Positions 34,462 to 36,768 of a DNA stretch of 36,768 bases are shown here, in pieces. Positions within the stretch are counted from its first letter, which is position 1, and every line of letters starts with the position of its first letter. This DNA comes from Desulfurococcales archaeon (GTDB lineage Archaea; Thermoproteota; Thermoprotei_A; Sulfolobales; NBVN01). Made by a program: the position numbers and the translations under genes. The stretch covers positions 1-36,768 of the forward strand of contig JAGGUC010000048.1 in the NCBI GenBank assembly GCA_021158735.1. The letters are read 5' to 3'. Below the pieces are notes generated by a model that saw nothing but the letters and a program-made list of their open reading frames with translations, was not told where the DNA came from and did not search any database.

Positions 34462-35197
34462 CTATTTCAAATATTAGCTTGCTGTATGGATGTCCGGGGA
34501 GGTCTCTCACCATCATTTTATCTCCATTATATAGGACTACCTCAGGGTAGTAAGGTATTACCTCAAGTAGTTCAGCACCGCCGAGTTTCCTGGCTACTGA
34601 CTCACCTAGCCTGAGCGCCTCCTCATGAGACTTAGACGGTACCTTATTAACGATCAGCATAACCTTAATTTCTACTAGACTGTAGATCTCCCTGAGGAGC
34701 ACTTCCGCACCTCGCACCTCTATCTTATCAGGGAGGGTGACCAATATAGTAGCATCGCTTGCTACAATAGCGTTAAGTGCTGAGTACTGAGGTCCTGGAG
34801 GCGTGTCTATCAGTATAATATCTACACTGTTGTGGCTGAACTTCTTGATCAGTCCAATTAACTTCTTTAGAGCATTCATTTCCCAGTGCCTATCCTTTAC
34901 AAGCGCCTCTTTAATAGCATCTATTGAAGGATTAGCAAATACTACGAGTAATTTACCCTTAACACCATCATCTATACGTACTATAACGTCATCATCTTCT
35001 GCTTCGCCGTTTAAGTAATCATTTATGAAGTGCTTGACTTTCGGTTCATTAAAGATGTAGTACTGAGTGGGGGCCCTCAAGTCGCAGTCCAGGAGAACTA
35101 CCTTATAATTAAGTGACGCAAGCGCGTAAGCTAAGTTGGCGGCTAGCACTGACTTTCCGCTCCCTCCCCTCTGGGAGTGGATTGCCACCGCCTTCAC
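34436..35197 (-). CDS. ParA/MinD-superfamily P-loop ATPase (deviant Walker A with Arg at the signature-lysine position)
   Basis: 253 aa. Deviant Walker A is SQRGGSGKSV, Walker A' is VVLLDCDL and Walker B is IILIDTPPG. It lies 5 nt downstream of a wHTH gene. Confidence 0.85.
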   Translation of the reverse strand: MKAVAIHSQRGGSGKSVLAANLAYALASLNYKVVLLDCDLRAPTQYYIFNEPKVKHFINDYLNGEAEDDDVIVRIDDGVKGKLLVVFANPSIDAIKEALVKDRHWEMNALKKLIGLIKKFSHNSVDIILIDTPPGPQYSALNAIVASDATILVTLPDKIEVRGAEVLLREIYSLVEIKVMLIVNKVPSKSHEEALRLGESVARKLGGAELLEVIPYYPEVVLYNGDKMMVRDLPGHPYSKLIFEIAKKIWTYL

Positions 35198-35202
35198 TTT
35201 TC

Positions 35203-35604
35203 CTACTCACCCTCGTAGTAGCTCTCAAATTGAGGAATAATGAAGTATACCTTCCTACCTTTCCTCCTCTTAATTACGTACCCTAAAGTTGTGAGTTGAT
35301 TTAAGTAGGCTGACTCTACAGCCCTGGCCCTGCCTGTGTACTTCGCAACATCCTCTGACGTAGCCTCACCACCTAGCTTTGCTAAAGCGATCAGGGTTTT
35401 TCTTAAGTGATCTGGGACTGACAATAATGTAACCACATCTATTATTCCTGTTCTCAGAGCGTCCTCGACATCGGCAACGCTTCTAAGCGTTTGCGGAACT
35501 CTTTGAACTAGTTTCTCTAACAATTCTATAATCTTGTCTAACTTTTTATTGACATCATTTAATAGTGATGTAGCATCAGCACTTGTATTTTTACTATCTC
35601 TCAA
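35203..35604 (-). CDS. Small coiled-coil plus winged-HTH DNA-binding protein, partner of the ParA/MinD-like ATPase
   Basis: 133 aa. An N-terminal helix (LLNDVNKKLDKIIELLEKLVQRV) is followed by a C-terminal wHTH (KTLIALAKLGGEATSEDVAKYTGRARAVESAYLNQLTTLGYVIKRRKGRKVYF). Confidence 0.65.
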   Translation of the reverse strand: MRDSKNTSADATSLLNDVNKKLDKIIELLEKLVQRVPQTLRSVADVEDALRTGIIDVVTLLSVPDHLRKTLIALAKLGGEATSEDVAKYTGRARAVESAYLNQLTTLGYVIKRRKGRKVYFIIPQFESYYEGE

Positions 35605-35732
35605 TTTTAAACACCTATTAATCTTTAACTTAAGGCTTTTAAATTAAGTAGGTTGTCAGGTATCCTAATTTTCCTAAAACTCCAGTAATAAGGGGAAAAC
35701 TCTATTTCTAGCAACACGTAAGTATATTTACG

Positions 35733-36768
35733 GTGCCGTTCTTGAGGGTTGTTGTACTTACTGGCGGGTTCGCCACAAGACTCAGACCACTAACATTAAC
35801 AAAGCCTAAATCTCTTCTTCCAGTACTGGGTAAGCCCTTGCTGGACTGGATCCTTGAAGGCTTAGCTAAGTCAGGACTTAAGGAAGTCATACTTTCGGTT
35901 AGGTACCTTGCCAGCATGATCAAGAGGAGATACGGGGATGGCTCAAGAGTTGGCTGCTTTATCAAGTACGCTGAGGAGGTCAAACCCTTAGGTGATGCAG
36001 GTCCTATACCACTGATCGACAGAGACGTGGGACTGGACTCAACCTTCCTTGTAGTTTATGGGGATGTTTTTAGTAATATTGACTATAAGGACGTCATAGA
36101 GTATCATAAAAAGAGTGGTGGTCTAGCTACTCTGGTTTTAACTAAAGTTGATAACCCCTATAGGTATGGAGTAGCTGTAGTAGATGACGACGGTAAAATT
36201 ACTGACTTCATAGAAAAGCCCCCGAAAAGCCATGCTATATCAAACCTAGTGAATGCTGGGATCTACGTATTTGAACCTGAGGTACTAAAGTACTTTCCTG
36301 AAAAGACACCGTCTAAATTAGCTAAGGACGTCATACCTAAGCTGGTTAGTGATGGCGTCATTTACGGCTACATACATAATGGGCTGTGGTCCGACATAGG
36401 TATTCCGGCAGACTACCTGAGGGCTAACTTTGAAGCTCTAACACACTATTACCCAAAGGGATATATGAGTAAGTCAGCCGATATTAACGGAGCCGAGATC
36501 CTAGACCCTGTATATATTGGTGAAGACGTCATCATTAACTCAGAGTCCATCATAGGGCCCTTCACTATAATTAATAAGGGATGTAAGATAGGAAAACAAA
36601 CCAGAATACTTAATTCAATACTCTTAAGCAACGCCATAGTGGAGGGTTCATCACTGATCATGAAGAGCATAATAGGTGAGAGGTGCTATATAGGGAAGTG
36701 GGTCAGGGTAAGTGAAAACTGTGTAATCGGTGATGAGGTTGTTGTGAGGGACTGCGTATATATAGCAA
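35733..36768 (+). CDS. Partial sugar-1-phosphate nucleotidylyltransferase (N-terminal NTP-transferase domain plus left-handed beta-helix); continues past the window end
   Basis: Open frame from GTG 35733 to the window edge, absent from the ORF track. Translation: VPFLRVVVLTGGFATRLRPLTLTKPKSLLPVLGKPLLDWILEGL...YGDVFSNIDY...VNAGIYVFEP... This is followed by hexapeptide-repeat-like IIGERCYIGKWVRVSENCVIGDEVVV. The G-G-x-x-T-R-L-x-P-L-T signature is diagnostic. Confidence 0.85.
   Translation, partial: MPFLRVVVLTGGFATRLRPLTLTKPKSLLPVLGKPLLDWILEGLAKSGLKEVILSVRYLASMIKRRYGDGSRVGCFIKYAEEVKPLGDAGPIPLIDRDVGLDSTFLVVYGDVFSNIDYKDVIEYHKKSGGLATLVLTKVDNPYRYGVAVVDDDGKITDFIEKPPKSHAISNLVNAGIYVFEPEVLKYFPEKTPSKLAKDVIPKLVSDGVIYGYIHNGLWSDIGIPADYLRANFEALTHYYPKGYMSKSADINGAEILDPVYIGEDVIINSESIIGPFTIINKGCKIGKQTRILNSILLSNAIVEGSSLIMKSIIGERCYIGKWVRVSENCVIGDEVVVRDCVYIA

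Noticed and set aside
35708-35983. 91-aa minus-strand ORF from the track
   Set aside because: The plus strand here encodes the unmistakable N-terminus of a nucleotidyltransferase (GGFATRLRPLT). The minus-strand ORF is its shadow. The same applies to 36449..36670.

Overview
Densely packed chromosomal segment that looks crenarchaeal. This is an inference from the mre11-rad50-nurA-herA operon, TATA-like boxes about 25-40 nt upstream of first genes, GGTGA-type Shine-Dalgarno sites inside operons, frequent GTG/TTG starts, and surface proteins with Thr-rich stalks and C-terminal anchors. I support about 38 protein-coding genes, including two partial genes at the window edges that the ORF track omits. 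I found no rRNA, tRNA, CRISPR array, transposase or integrase. Recognisable content in order: an NCS1-like permease fragment, a PhoU/DUF47 plus PiT phosphate pair, and the complete Mre11-Rad50-NurA-HerA end-resection operon. Then come a PAP2 / small-exporter / EamA membrane trio, a secreted sequon-rich helical protein next to a membrane-tethered wHTH protein, Pelota, OsmC, two aminotransferases and a CPA2 antiporter. Further on are a Mn/Zn/Fe-type ABC uptake operon with a DtxR-family repressor and a YkgJ-type Cys-cluster protein, a TIGR00725/LOG-like protein, a ROK glucokinase and ValRS. The window ends with a DHH phosphoesterase, a radical SAM enzyme, an MFS-like transporter, a wHTH plus ParA/MinD-like pair and a sugar-phosphate nucleotidyltransferase fragment. 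The most unusual locus is 21.4-23.2 kb. There, a DUF134-type DNA-binding protein is flanked by two short operons encoding four small proteins with extreme low-complexity composition (RG/W/Y/P/M/Q-rich). One of these is fused to a NifX-like domain, one has a DUF5320-like coiled coil, and the four share peptide and DNA modules. This is my best candidate for an uncharacterised system. Other points of interest are a candidate C/D box sRNA, two perfect palindromes in promoter regions, non-canonical HIGH/KMSKS motifs in ValRS, and a ParA-like ATPase with Arg in place of the signature lysine.
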